From positions 26,119 through 90,118 of the forward strand of contig CANFCX010000002.1 of NCBI GenBank assembly GCA_947445225.1: a stretch of 64,000 bases of DNA, in the 5' to 3' direction. Both the position numbers and the translations under genes were made by a program. Of the stretch, positions 49,274-58,809 are shown one piece after another; positions within the stretch are counted from its first letter, which is position 1, and the number at the start of each line of letters is the position of its first letter. Under the pieces are notes generated by a model. That model had not been told where the DNA came from, did not search any database, and saw only the letters and a list, made by a program, of their open reading frames with translations. This DNA comes from Rhodospirillales bacterium (GTDB taxonomy: Bacteria > Pseudomonadota > Alphaproteobacteria > CACIAM-22H2).

Positions 49274-50955
49274 CCGCGCAAATCGCCCGACCCGCCGTCC
49301 CCGCCGCCACGTTTGTCGACATTGAAGACGGCTACGGTTGGCGGCGGACGCGCCATGGCACGATGGTGCTGTGGACCAAGGGCTACGTCCATGGGCAGTC
49401 GGCGGAATCTCTGGCGCGCGCTTTTTCCGATGCCGGCGCGGACAAACTCGAATCCGTCTTGCTCTCGCTCCACGGCCATTTTGCTCTTGTCGCCGAGACG
49501 CCGGAGTGGGCCTTGGCCGCCGTCGATCGGGTTCGCAGCATTCCGCTGTTCGTGACGGAAGGTTCCAACGGCCCGATCGTCGGTGACAATGCCTTGCGCT
49601 TGCAGGGAAGACTTCGTCCATCGCCCGAGTTCGTCGATCGCGAAGCGGCCCTGCTTCTGGGAATGTCCGGATACACGCTGGGCGCCAAAACCTTGGACCG
49701 CCGCATCGACCAGGTCGAGCCCGGCCATTTTCTATTCATACGCGGCCAGGCGGTTCCTCATCAGAAGCGCTACCACGCCTGGGTGCCTTGGAAGAGCGGC
49801 GCCGGTACGCCGGCAAAGACGACAGGCCAACTTGCCGACGTAACGCTCGGCGTGTTGGAGCGGATGGCCGCCTCGGTGGGCGACCGCCCAATTGTGGTGC
49901 CGCTCAGCGCGGGGTTGGATTCGCGCCTGGTCGTTTCCGGCCTCCATCGACTCGGTGTTCGGGACGTGCGGTGTTTTTCCTACGGACTCCCCGGAAATTA
50001 CGAGGCCGAAGCGGGGCGGAGCATCGCCGACCGGCTGGGCTATCCGTGGACATTCATTCACCTCGACCCGAAAATCCAGCGTGAGGTCTTCGCCTCGGCC
50101 GACAACCAGGCCTATGTCCGTTTTGCCGACACCCTGGCCGCGGTTCCATTCCAGCAGGATTTCCACGCCGTACGCAGCCTCCGCGATTCCGGCTGGCTGC
50201 CGAAGGACGCGGTGCTGGTTAATGGCCAGACTGGCGATTTCATTGCCGGCAATCATATCCCCGTGGCGCTGCGGCGGGCGCGATCCGAACTCGACGCCGA
50301 TTCTCGCTGGCGCCTTATTATCGACGGGCTCGTCGCCAAACATTACAGCCTGTGGGGGTTTCTCAAGACGCGGGAGAATTTGGCTCTGGTCGAAGGGCGC
50401 CTGCGCGAGGACATCGCCGCGGCCGGCGGCGCTCTTGGCGATCCCCAGACCGACCACGGGCTTTTCGAGGTGTCGGAATTCCGCAATCGCCAGTGCAAAT
50501 ACGTGATTGGCGGCCAACGCATTTACGAATACCTGGGTTTCGATTGGCGGCTGCCGTTGTGGGACAACGACTATTTGGACTTTTGGGCGGAGGCTCCACT
50601 CGCGGCCAAGGCGGGGCAGTCGCTCTACCGCCGCATGCTCGAAGAACAGAATTGGGGCGGCGTCTGGCAGGGCTGGACCTTTCCGCGGCGTGTCTCACCA
50701 GCTTGGCTCGCGCCGATGCGCCTGGCCGCCAAGGCCGCGTTCTTGCCGCTGGGACGCAAGCGATGGCATCGATTCGAACGCGCGCACTTCGCTTATTGGA
50801 TGGACGTCGTCGCCAATTACGCGATTGCACCCTATGCCCGCGTGCGACGGGATCGCCGCGATCACCGCAACGCTATTTCCTGGCATGTCGAAGCCTATTT
50901 GGCCGCCAAGGGCCTCGGCCTCGACGGACGGGAGATCGAGGCCGAATGCGCGTGA
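49270..50955 (+). CDS. asparagine-synthetase-related amidoligase lacking the N-terminal Cys nucleophile
   Basis: PP-loop VVPLSAGLDSRLV, AsnB-like GHFALV region, but protein starts MTAQ (no Cys2). Confidence 0.5.
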   Translation: MTAQIARPAVPAATFVDIEDGYGWRRTRHGTMVLWTKGYVHGQSAESLARAFSDAGADKLESVLLSLHGHFALVAETPEWALAAVDRVRSIPLFVTEGSNGPIVGDNALRLQGRLRPSPEFVDREAALLLGMSGYTLGAKTLDRRIDQVEPGHFLFIRGQAVPHQKRYHAWVPWKSGAGTPAKTTGQLADVTLGVLERMAASVGDRPIVVPLSAGLDSRLVVSGLHRLGVRDVRCFSYGLPGNYEAEAGRSIADRLGYPWTFIHLDPKIQREVFASADNQAYVRFADTLAAVPFQQDFHAVRSLRDSGWLPKDAVLVNGQTGDFIAGNHIPVALRRARSELDADSRWRLIIDGLVAKHYSLWGFLKTRENLALVEGRLREDIAAAGGALGDPQTDHGLFEVSEFRNRQCKYVIGGQRIYEYLGFDWRLPLWDNDYLDFWAEAPLAAKAGQSLYRRMLEEQNWGGVWQGWTFPRRVSPAWLAPMRLAAKAAFLPLGRKRWHRFERAHFAYWMDVVANYAIAPYARVRRDRRDHRNAISWHVEAYLAAKGLGLDGREIEAECA

Positions 50956-52214
50956 TGGTCGTCTCCCGGCTGTTCTCCGGCTTCTCCGATTCACTAACGA
51001 CGGGCACCTGGCGGCCGAAGGGCCAGCCGGCGATCTATAAGCTGCTGGAAGCCCTCGCCGCCGCGCCCGACATCGACCTGATCTCCGTCTTCGGTTGTAA
51101 GGACGAAACCGCGGGAAAACGATTCGCCGGGCGGCGATGGGCCAATGTCGATCGCCTGGGTGTCTGCGCCATCCTGCCCTATCGGCGGCGCCGCGGGCTC
51201 GCCGCGGTGGGGCTGGACACGGCGTGGCGCGAAATCACCCATGCCGCGCGTTGTCTGTGGCTCTACCTACGCCACCGTCCCGACGTCATCTATTTCACCA
51301 ATGCCAATTTCGCCATTGCCGCGCTTTTCGCGCGCCTTGGATTGGGCCGCGTCATCCTGCGGTTCATGGGCATGTTTCCAGCGGAGCAGGCATTGGCGCT
51401 ATCCCGCGGCGGTTTCGTTCGCTGGCTCTATGCTGCACCCTTCGACCACGTCGTCTGCACGCAGGAAGGCAGCGGCGCCGAATGGTACCTGCCGCGTTTG
51501 CTGCGGCCCTCGGTCCCGCTCTCGATTCTCCTGAACGGTGTGGACCGGGACCGGCCAAGCCCGGAACAGGTCGAGACACTACGCGCCAGCCTTGGGCTGA
51601 CGCGGCGACCGACAATCCTTTTTGTCGGCCGTCTGGAGACCATGAAGGGTTGCGTGGAATTTCTCGATGCGGCGCTCCTTGTCCTCAAGGAGCGGCCGGG
51701 TGCCGGCCAGTTCGTGATCGCCGGTTCGGGCAGCCTCAAGGACACGCTGCTTCGGCGTCTTGAGGATGCCGGCCGCCCCGGCGATATCCATCTTCTAGAC
51801 GGCCTGCCGCATGACTCGATGCCCGCCGTCTACGCGACCTGCGATATCTATGTCTCGCTCAACAAACATGGCAATTTGAGCAACGCCAATCTGGAGGCGC
51901 TCGCAGCCGGCAAATGTCTGGTCGTGCTGGAGGGCGATCCGGCGGCCCATATCGATCAGATCACGGAGTCGCTGCTACCCCGGGAATGCGCAAGGCGCGT
52001 TTCTCGCGCCGACATATCCCGAAATCTCGCCGACACACTCATCACATTGCTCGACCGCCCCGAACAGGCCGCCGCCCACGCCGCCGCCGCGCGGCGGCTC
52101 GCCGATAAGATCTTGATCGGCTGGGACGAGCGTGTGAGTCAGGAAATTTCCATCATTCTCGGTTCCTTCAACACAAAGGCTTCATGTACGTCATCGGCAT
52201 CAGTTCCGGCCTGA
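50955..52214 (+). CDS. glycosyltransferase family 4 (GT-B)
   Basis: GT4 C-terminal E-x7-E-like region (NLEALAAGKCLVV); start TGATG overlap. Confidence 0.65.
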   Translation: MVVSRLFSGFSDSLTTGTWRPKGQPAIYKLLEALAAAPDIDLISVFGCKDETAGKRFAGRRWANVDRLGVCAILPYRRRRGLAAVGLDTAWREITHAARCLWLYLRHRPDVIYFTNANFAIAALFARLGLGRVILRFMGMFPAEQALALSRGGFVRWLYAAPFDHVVCTQEGSGAEWYLPRLLRPSVPLSILLNGVDRDRPSPEQVETLRASLGLTRRPTILFVGRLETMKGCVEFLDAALLVLKERPGAGQFVIAGSGSLKDTLLRRLEDAGRPGDIHLLDGLPHDSMPAVYATCDIYVSLNKHGNLSNANLEALAAGKCLVVLEGDPAAHIDQITESLLPRECARRVSRADISRNLADTLITLLDRPEQAAAHAAAARRLADKILIGWDERVSQEISIILGSFNTKASCTSSASVPA

Positions 52215-53830
52215 AACACGGTCACCACGACGGCGGCGCCGTGCTCCTGCGAGACGGCGAGTTAATCGCGGCCAGCGAGGAGGAGCGGTTCACGCTCGCC
52301 AAACACGCTCGCGGGGAGCTGCCGCGCGGCGCCATCCGCTTCTGCCTCAAGAAGGCCGGCATCACGATGCGCGAGGTCGATTGGGTGTGTTCGCCGCTCA
52401 AATCATATCCGCACTATGCCCAGCGTCTGACCGATTATTTCGCCTTCAATTTCGGCCACAGCCCGAAAATTGAACTCTACGACCACCACCTCTGCCACGC
52501 GGCCAGCACCTATTACGGCTCCGGCTTCGACGAAGCCGGTGTCTTGTGCGTCGATTTCTCGGGGGATTCGAGTTCGGGCCTCGCCATCCATGGCCGGGGA
52601 ACGACGATGTCCGAGGTTGTCCGCTTCGAACGCCACAACAGCCTCGGCCTGTTCTATGGGATGTTGACGCAATACCTTGGGTTCTCCATGACCCATGACG
52701 AATACAAGGTCATGGGTCTTGCCTCCTACGGCACGCCGCGATTCCTGGAAGCCTTCGACCGCATCCTCCGTCCCGAAGGCTTCGGCTTCGTACTCGAGCG
52801 TGGCTATGACAAGCGGCTGCGCGATGCGCCGATATACACGACGGATTTTTCGACGCGACAGGAACGCATATTCACCGAATTGCTCGAAGAGGTTCTTGGG
52901 CCCCGCCGTATGCCCGGCGAAAAACTCGACGACCGCTTCCGCGATATCGCCGCGAGCGGTCAAAAGCGATTGGAGGAAATCGGCGTTCATCTCGCCCGCA
53001 CGCTGGTCCAACGCACGGGCTGTACCGATCTGTGCCTGGCCGGCGGCGTCGCCCTGAACTGCAAGATGAACATGGAGATTTGGCGGGAGGCTGGAATCCG
53101 CCGCCTCTATGTCCCGCCGGTCCCGCATGATGCCGGGGTCGCTTTGGGCGCGGCCATGCTGAAGAGCGTTGAACATGGGCATCCCATCGCGCCGCTCACC
53201 CATGCCTATTGGGGACCGGAGTATTCACCGGACGAAATCCGCCGGACGCTAGTTCAGGTCGGCGCGCGTTTTTCCGAGTGCCGCGACCCGACCGAAGCCG
53301 CCGCCGCCGATTTGCTCGCGCAACGGACCGTGGGCTGGTTTCAGGGACGCATGGAATTCGGTCCGCGCGCCCTCGGCAACCGATCCATCCTCGCCGACCC
53401 ACGCAGCACGGCGATGAAAGATCGCATCAACGCCACCATCAAATACCGTGAGGAATTCCGGCCCTTTTGCCCGTCGGTTCTTCCGGCCGCGCAGTCCGAC
53501 TATTTCGAGAACAGCTTTGACGCGCCGTTCATGGTCGTAACCTTTCCGGCACGGCCAGGGACCGCGGACATCTTGCCCGCCGTCACCCATGTCGACAACA
53601 CCGCGCGCATTCAAAGTGTCAGCGCCCAACACAATCCGCTGTTCCATCGCCTGATCGAGACGTTCGCCGAGCAGGGCGGCGTTCCGGTGGTCCTTAACAC
53701 CAGCCTCAACATCAATGAACAGCCGACGGTCAACGCCCCGCTCGAAGCGCTGCACACCTATTTCTGCAGTGGCCTTGACGTGCTCTACCTCGGCCCATTC
53801 CGTTTGGAGAAAATCCGCGATGAAGCCTGA
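52184..53830 (+). CDS. carbamoyltransferase (NodU/CmcH family)
   Basis: MYVIGISSGLKHGHHDGGAVLL Kae1/YgjD-like N-domain and C-terminal YrdC-like carbamoyltransferase domain. Confidence 0.85.
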   Translation: MYVIGISSGLKHGHHDGGAVLLRDGELIAASEEERFTLAKHARGELPRGAIRFCLKKAGITMREVDWVCSPLKSYPHYAQRLTDYFAFNFGHSPKIELYDHHLCHAASTYYGSGFDEAGVLCVDFSGDSSSGLAIHGRGTTMSEVVRFERHNSLGLFYGMLTQYLGFSMTHDEYKVMGLASYGTPRFLEAFDRILRPEGFGFVLERGYDKRLRDAPIYTTDFSTRQERIFTELLEEVLGPRRMPGEKLDDRFRDIAASGQKRLEEIGVHLARTLVQRTGCTDLCLAGGVALNCKMNMEIWREAGIRRLYVPPVPHDAGVALGAAMLKSVEHGHPIAPLTHAYWGPEYSPDEIRRTLVQVGARFSECRDPTEAAAADLLAQRTVGWFQGRMEFGPRALGNRSILADPRSTAMKDRINATIKYREEFRPFCPSVLPAAQSDYFENSFDAPFMVVTFPARPGTADILPAVTHVDNTARIQSVSAQHNPLFHRLIETFAEQGGVPVVLNTSLNINEQPTVNAPLEALHTYFCSGLDVLYLGPFRLEKIRDEA

Positions 53831-54866
53831 TACCGACCGGAGCGGCCGTTATCAGCCGCGCATCGACCTGAACGGCGCCACCGTCCTGATCACCGGCGGG
53901 AGCGGATCGTTCGGCCGGCATTTTGTGCGCGCCGTGCTCAAACATTGGCGGCCCGAGCGCCTCATCGTCTTTTCCCGCGACGAGATGAAACAATACGAAA
54001 TGCAGGGCGATCCAACGATCGGCGCGGGCGACCCGATGCGTTATTTCATCGGCGATGTCCGCGATTCCGATCGCCTGGAGATGGCCATGCGCGGGGTCGA
54101 CTACGTCATCCACGCCGCCGCGCTGAAACAGGTGCCGACGGCCGAATACAATCCCTTCGAGTGCATCCGCACCAACGTCTTGGGCGCGGAGAACGTGGTG
54201 AAGGCGGCACTCCGCACCGGCGTGAAGCGGGTCGTGGCGCTTTCCACCGACAAGGCGGTCAACCCGATCAATTTGTACGGGGCGAGCAAACTCGCCTCCG
54301 ACAAGATTTTCGTCGCGGCCAACCATTTGAGCGGCCGGGCCGGCGCGCATTTTTGCGTCGTGCGTTACGGCAATGTGCTGGGGTCTCGGGGCAGCGTCGT
54401 CCCCCTGTTCCGGACTCTCGCGGCCACGGGCGCCGGAGACGTGCCGATCACCGACCCCCGCATGACGCGGTTTTGGATCACGCTCGACCAGGGGGTTGAT
54501 TTCGTTCTGTCCGCCCTCGCCGCGATGCAGGCCGGGGAAATCTTCGTGCCCAAAATCCCCAGCGTCCTCATCACAGACCTGGCCGAAGCGATGCTTCCCG
54601 GCCGCGTTCAACGAACCGTCGGCATTCGTCCGGGCGAGAAGCTGCACGAAGTCATGGTCACCGAGGACGATGCCCGCACGACCGTCGAACTCGAAGACCG
54701 CTTTGTTATCGAACCTTCACTCAAGTTCTGGCGGTCCGAATCATTGGCCGATCGCGGCGCCAAGCGGGTTGCCGAGGGTTTTCGATACGCCAGCGACACC
54801 AACCCCGAGTGGCTCGACGCGGTTTCGCTCCGCCGCGTTCTCATCGAAAATGGACTGCTTGCCTAA
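53820..54866 (+). CDS. UDP-N-acetylglucosamine 4,6-dehydratase (PseB/FlaA1/CapE-like)
   Basis: VLITGGSGSFGRHF, YxxxK (YGASKLASD), conserved PseB-family segments. Confidence 0.85.
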   Translation: MKPDTDRSGRYQPRIDLNGATVLITGGSGSFGRHFVRAVLKHWRPERLIVFSRDEMKQYEMQGDPTIGAGDPMRYFIGDVRDSDRLEMAMRGVDYVIHAAALKQVPTAEYNPFECIRTNVLGAENVVKAALRTGVKRVVALSTDKAVNPINLYGASKLASDKIFVAANHLSGRAGAHFCVVRYGNVLGSRGSVVPLFRTLAATGAGDVPITDPRMTRFWITLDQGVDFVLSALAAMQAGEIFVPKIPSVLITDLAEAMLPGRVQRTVGIRPGEKLHEVMVTEDDARTTVELEDRFVIEPSLKFWRSESLADRGAKRVAEGFRYASDTNPEWLDAVSLRRVLIENGLLA

Positions 54867-54868
54867 CC

Positions 54869-55708
54869 ATGCGCCCGACATTGGTCACGGGCGTCACCGG
54901 CCTGCTTGGCCCCTATCTGATCGAGACGATGACAAGCCGGGGCAAGGTCGTGGGCACCGGTGGACGCGGCGGGGAAATCCCATGCGACCTGACCGATGCC
55001 CGGGCTACGCGTCGGATGGTGGAATCGGTCGATCCCGGCATTGTCATTCATTCGGCCGCGCTCAGCCTGGTCGATGAATGCGAAGGGAACCCGGCGCGCG
55101 CGGCCGCCCTCAACCGCGACGCGACGCGTAATCTGGTGTCGGCTCTGGCCCCGGATACCAAACTCGTCGCGATCTCGACGGATCAGGTTTATGCGGATAC
55201 GGACGGACCGCATCCCGAGGACAACACCGGCCCCGTCAACACTTATGGCCTCAGCAAGCTCGACAGCGAACGCGAGGCCATGGCGCATCCGGGCGCATTG
55301 ATCGTTCGCACGAATTTCTTCGGCCCGTCGCGCACGCCCGGACGACAGAGCCTTTCGGACTGGATCGCGGCAAATTTGGCTGAACGCCACCCGATCACCC
55401 TGTTTTTGGACTCCCTTTATTCGCCGCTGCAAATGGATACCGTCGCGGCGCTGATCGCCGAGGCCTTGGACAGAAACCTTTCGGGCATTTTCAATTTTGG
55501 CAGCCGCGCGGGGATGTCGAAGCGGGATTTCGGCTTTGCCGTCGCCCGGCGCCTCGGATTGGCGACCGACAGCGCGGCCTCCGGCTACGCACGAGACATT
55601 CCGGGCCGCGCCCGGCGGGCGCGCGACCTGCGCATGGATGTGAGCCGCCTGGAATCGGCTCTCGGACGGCGCCTCCCCACACTTCGAGAAGAGATCGACA
55701 GACTATGA
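54869..55708 (+). CDS. RmlD-like (dTDP-4-dehydrorhamnose reductase family) NAD(P)-dependent 4-ketoreductase
   Basis: LVTGVTGLLG, YGLSKLDSE YxxxK; 280 aa; immediately downstream of PseB-like gene. Confidence 0.7.
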   Translation: MRPTLVTGVTGLLGPYLIETMTSRGKVVGTGGRGGEIPCDLTDARATRRMVESVDPGIVIHSAALSLVDECEGNPARAAALNRDATRNLVSALAPDTKLVAISTDQVYADTDGPHPEDNTGPVNTYGLSKLDSEREAMAHPGALIVRTNFFGPSRTPGRQSLSDWIAANLAERHPITLFLDSLYSPLQMDTVAALIAEALDRNLSGIFNFGSRAGMSKRDFGFAVARRLGLATDSAASGYARDIPGRARRARDLRMDVSRLESALGRRLPTLREEIDRL

Positions 55709-56775
55709 GCCGGGAATTCACGATAGGCCGCCACCGCGTGGGTGGCCGCAACCCCACCTATTTCATCGCCGACATCGCCGCCAATCACGATGGCGATCTC
55801 GAGCGCGCGAAGCGGCTGATACGGCTGTGCGCGGAAGCCGGCGCCAGCGCCGCGAAGTTCCAGAATTTCAGGGCCGAAACCATCGTTTCCGACTATGGCT
55901 TCAAGGCGCTGGGCGGACAGAAATCGCACCAGGCCAATTGGGCAAAGAGCGTCTTCGATGTTTATGCCGATGCGTCCTTGCCGGTGGCGTGGACCGAGAC
56001 GTTGAAGGCCACCTGCAACGCGGCCGGAATCGATTATTTCACCGCGCCCTACGACCTCGACCTGATCGACCGACTCGGGCCCCATGTCTGCGCCTGGAAA
56101 CTGGGCTCTGGCGACGTGACCTGGCACGAATCGATCGAGCGCATGGCGAAGGACGGCAAACCCCTCATTATCGCCACCGGCGCCTCGACCATGCCCGAGG
56201 TCCGCGCCGCGATGGCGGCCGCCCGAAAATATTGCAACGACATCGTGCTGATGCAATGCAACACCAACTACACGGCGTCGCTTGAGAATTTCCAGCACGC
56301 CAACCTGAAGGTCCTCACGGCCTTCGCGGCCGAATTTCCGGACGTCATCCTCGGTCTTTCCGATCATACGCCCGGTCACGCTACGGTGCTCGGCGCCGTC
56401 GCCCTCGGGGCGAGGGCCATCGAGAAACACTTCACCGACGATTGCGAACGCACGGGTCCCGATCACAAATTTTCGATGGATCCTCGCACCTGGCGCGAGA
56501 TGGTGGATCGCACGCGCGAACTGGAAGCCGCACTCGGCGATGGGATCAAGAAGGTCGAAGACAACGAAGCCGAAACCGTGGTCCTGCAACGCCGCGCCAT
56601 TCGGGCGGCACGGGCGATCCCACGCGGTCGCAAGATCGGGGCGACCGATCTCGTCGTGCTGCGTCCGTGCCCGGCGGACGGGTTACCCCCGTACCGAAAG
56701 GCCGAACTGATCGGCCGCGTCGCCCGTCGCGCCATCGAGGCCGGCGATTGCGTGCGGCTGGCCGACGTCGAATGA
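55705..56775 (+). CDS. N-acetylneuraminate synthase family protein (NeuB/PseI-type) with SAF domain, copy 2
   Basis: PTYFIADIAANHDGDLERAKRLI...AKFQNF; C-terminal SAF domain. Confidence 0.85.
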   Translation: MSREFTIGRHRVGGRNPTYFIADIAANHDGDLERAKRLIRLCAEAGASAAKFQNFRAETIVSDYGFKALGGQKSHQANWAKSVFDVYADASLPVAWTETLKATCNAAGIDYFTAPYDLDLIDRLGPHVCAWKLGSGDVTWHESIERMAKDGKPLIIATGASTMPEVRAAMAAARKYCNDIVLMQCNTNYTASLENFQHANLKVLTAFAAEFPDVILGLSDHTPGHATVLGAVALGARAIEKHFTDDCERTGPDHKFSMDPRTWREMVDRTRELEAALGDGIKKVEDNEAETVVLQRRAIRAARAIPRGRKIGATDLVVLRPCPADGLPPYRKAELIGRVARRAIEAGDCVRLADVE

Positions 56776-57428
56776 AAGCCGGGATCGTCATCCCCGCGCT
56801 GAACGAGGAAAAAACCATCGTCGAAGTCGTGCGCAGCGTCCGCCCCTATGGCGAGGTGATCGTCGTCGATGACGGCTCCAGCGACGCCACGGCGGCGCTG
56901 GCCGAGACGGCGGGCGCCATTGTCGTCCGGCACGCGGCCAATCGCGGCTATGACGGCGCGCTCGCCAGCGGCTTCGCGCGGGCGGCGTCCTTGAACTTCG
57001 ATGCGGCCTTGTCTTTCGACGCGGACGGGCAACACGATCCCACCGTGATCGCGCGTATGTTGACCCCAATCGCCGCCGGGCAAGCGGATCTGGTGCTCGG
57101 AGCACGGCCGCACCCCGCCCGACCCTCCGAATGGCTGTTCGATCTTTATGCGCGCACCCGATTCGGCGTTCCCGACATCTTGTGCGGCCTCAAGGCATTT
57201 TCGGCATCGGTCTATCGCGCCCATGGCGCGGCGGCGGAAAGGCGATCGATCAATACGGCCATGGCTCTGGCCGCGATCCGCGCGGGCCGCCGTTGGGCAA
57301 ACGTCGCCGTACCGATCCGGCCGCGCGACGGACAACCCCGATTCGGCTCGGCCCTGCGGGCGAACTGGCGGATCGTCAAGGCGCTAGGCGGCGCCGTCGC
57401 CGATGATTTCGGCGGCAGGCCGGCATGA
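56772..57428 (+). CDS. glycosyltransferase family 2 (small, DPM1-like)
   Basis: VIPALNEEKTI...VIVVDDGSSD GT2 N-terminus. Confidence 0.6.
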   Translation: MKAGIVIPALNEEKTIVEVVRSVRPYGEVIVVDDGSSDATAALAETAGAIVVRHAANRGYDGALASGFARAASLNFDAALSFDADGQHDPTVIARMLTPIAAGQADLVLGARPHPARPSEWLFDLYARTRFGVPDILCGLKAFSASVYRAHGAAAERRSINTAMALAAIRAGRRWANVAVPIRPRDGQPRFGSALRANWRIVKALGGAVADDFGGRPA

Positions 57429-58180
57429 CCAACGTCGTTGCCGTAATCCAGGCGCGGATGACGTCCACGCGTTTGCCGGGGAAGGTTCTCATGCCCTTGG
57501 CCGGCGCCCCGCTTCTGACCCGCATGATCGAGCGCGTGCGCCGCATCCGCGGGCTCGATCGAATCTGCGTCGCCATTCCCGAAGGCGCGGCGCATGACCC
57601 GATTGCCGAACTGGTCCGTGGGTTGGGGGATGTGACGCTGGTGCGCGGCCCGGAGGACGACGTCTTGCGCCGCACGGCGATGGCCGCGACGGCGTGCCGC
57701 GCGGATATCGTCGTTCGGTTGACCTCGGACTGCCCGATGATCGCCCCCGATGTTTGCGCTGTGGTTATCGCGATGCGGCAGGCGACCGGCACGCCCTATG
57801 CGCGAACCGCGTTCGCAAGCGGCTATCCCCTCGGCTTCGATACCGAAGTCGTCCGCGCGGACGCCTTGGCGGAGGCGGATCGGGAAGCCGTGGATCCCTA
57901 TGAGCGCGAACACGTCACACCCTTCCTGTGGCGCCGCCCGGAGCGTTATCCCTGTGTCTTCCTCGATCGCCGCCCAACGCGGCGCGATTGGCGGCTGGTG
58001 GTCGACACCGCCCAGGATCTGGAACTGGCGAGGAACGTCTTCGACGCTCTCTATTCGACGCGCCCGGCCTTTGGCTTCGCCGACATCGAAGCATTATTCG
58101 CGGCCAGGCCGGAGCTGCTCGACATCAACCGCGCCACGGCGCAAAACCCCTATCGCGGACTTCCGCAGGACGCACCATGA
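57425..58180 (+). CDS. cytidylyltransferase (PseF/SpsF-like CMP-nonulosonic acid synthetase)
   Basis: VIQARMTSTRLPGKVL motif characteristic of PseF/SpsF-type cytidylyltransferases. Confidence 0.8.
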   Translation: MTNVVAVIQARMTSTRLPGKVLMPLAGAPLLTRMIERVRRIRGLDRICVAIPEGAAHDPIAELVRGLGDVTLVRGPEDDVLRRTAMAATACRADIVVRLTSDCPMIAPDVCAVVIAMRQATGTPYARTAFASGYPLGFDTEVVRADALAEADREAVDPYEREHVTPFLWRRPERYPCVFLDRRPTRRDWRLVVDTAQDLELARNVFDALYSTRPAFGFADIEALFAARPELLDINRATAQNPYRGLPQDAP

Positions 58181-58809
58181 CACTCGGCGAAAAACAACTC
58201 GGCATCTGGCGCGGCGATTTCGGCAACGCGTATATCGAGCGCAACCAGGCAACCGCGGAACGTGTCAGACAGCGCGTCGCGGCTTTTGCTTCGATCCTGC
58301 CCCACCTCGCCGGTGCGCCGGCGGCGTCGATTCTCGAGGTCGGCGCCAATATCGGGCTCAACCTGCGCGCCCTCGCCGGCCTTACCGGAGCCGTGCTCCA
58401 CGCCGTGGAGCCAAACCGCCAAGCCCGCGAGATCTTGATTGCGGAATCCGTCTTGCCGGTCGAGCGCGTTCATGACGCCACGGCGGCGGCGTTGCCGATG
58501 GCGGATGCCTCGTTTGACCTCGTTTTCACCTCGACGGTGTTGATCCATGTACCGGACGAGGCGCTCGCCGCGGCCATGCGGGAGATTCATCGCGTCAGCC
58601 GGCGCTGGATCCTCTGCATGGAGTATTTCTCCCCGGTGGCGCAGACCATCACCTATCGCGGGCATGGCGACCTGCTGTTCAAACGCGACTATGGCGGACT
58701 TTGGCTCGACGGCTTTCCCGACCTTGAATACGTCGCCGATGGATTTTTCTGGAAGCGGACAACCGGGCTGGACGACGTCAATTGGTGGTTGTTTCGGAAA
58801 TCCCATTGA
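58177..58809 (+). CDS. pseudaminic-acid-biosynthesis-associated methylase-like SAM methyltransferase
   Basis: ~210 aa MTase, motif I ILEVGANIGLNL; resembles TIGR03587-type methylases from memory. Confidence 0.55.
   Translation: MTLGEKQLGIWRGDFGNAYIERNQATAERVRQRVAAFASILPHLAGAPAASILEVGANIGLNLRALAGLTGAVLHAVEPNRQAREILIAESVLPVERVHDATAAALPMADASFDLVFTSTVLIHVPDEALAAAMREIHRVSRRWILCMEYFSPVAQTITYRGHGDLLFKRDYGGLWLDGFPDLEYVADGFFWKRTTGLDDVNWWLFRKSH

Noticed and set aside
53820-58180. Calling the module a complete canonical pseudaminic acid (PseBCHGIF) pathway
   Set aside because: No DegT-family aminotransferase, GNAT/LbH acetyltransferase or PseG-type hydrolase is recognisable in the window; an RmlD-like reductase occupies the position after PseB instead, so a canonical assignment is not supported by what is visible (window truncation leaves this open).
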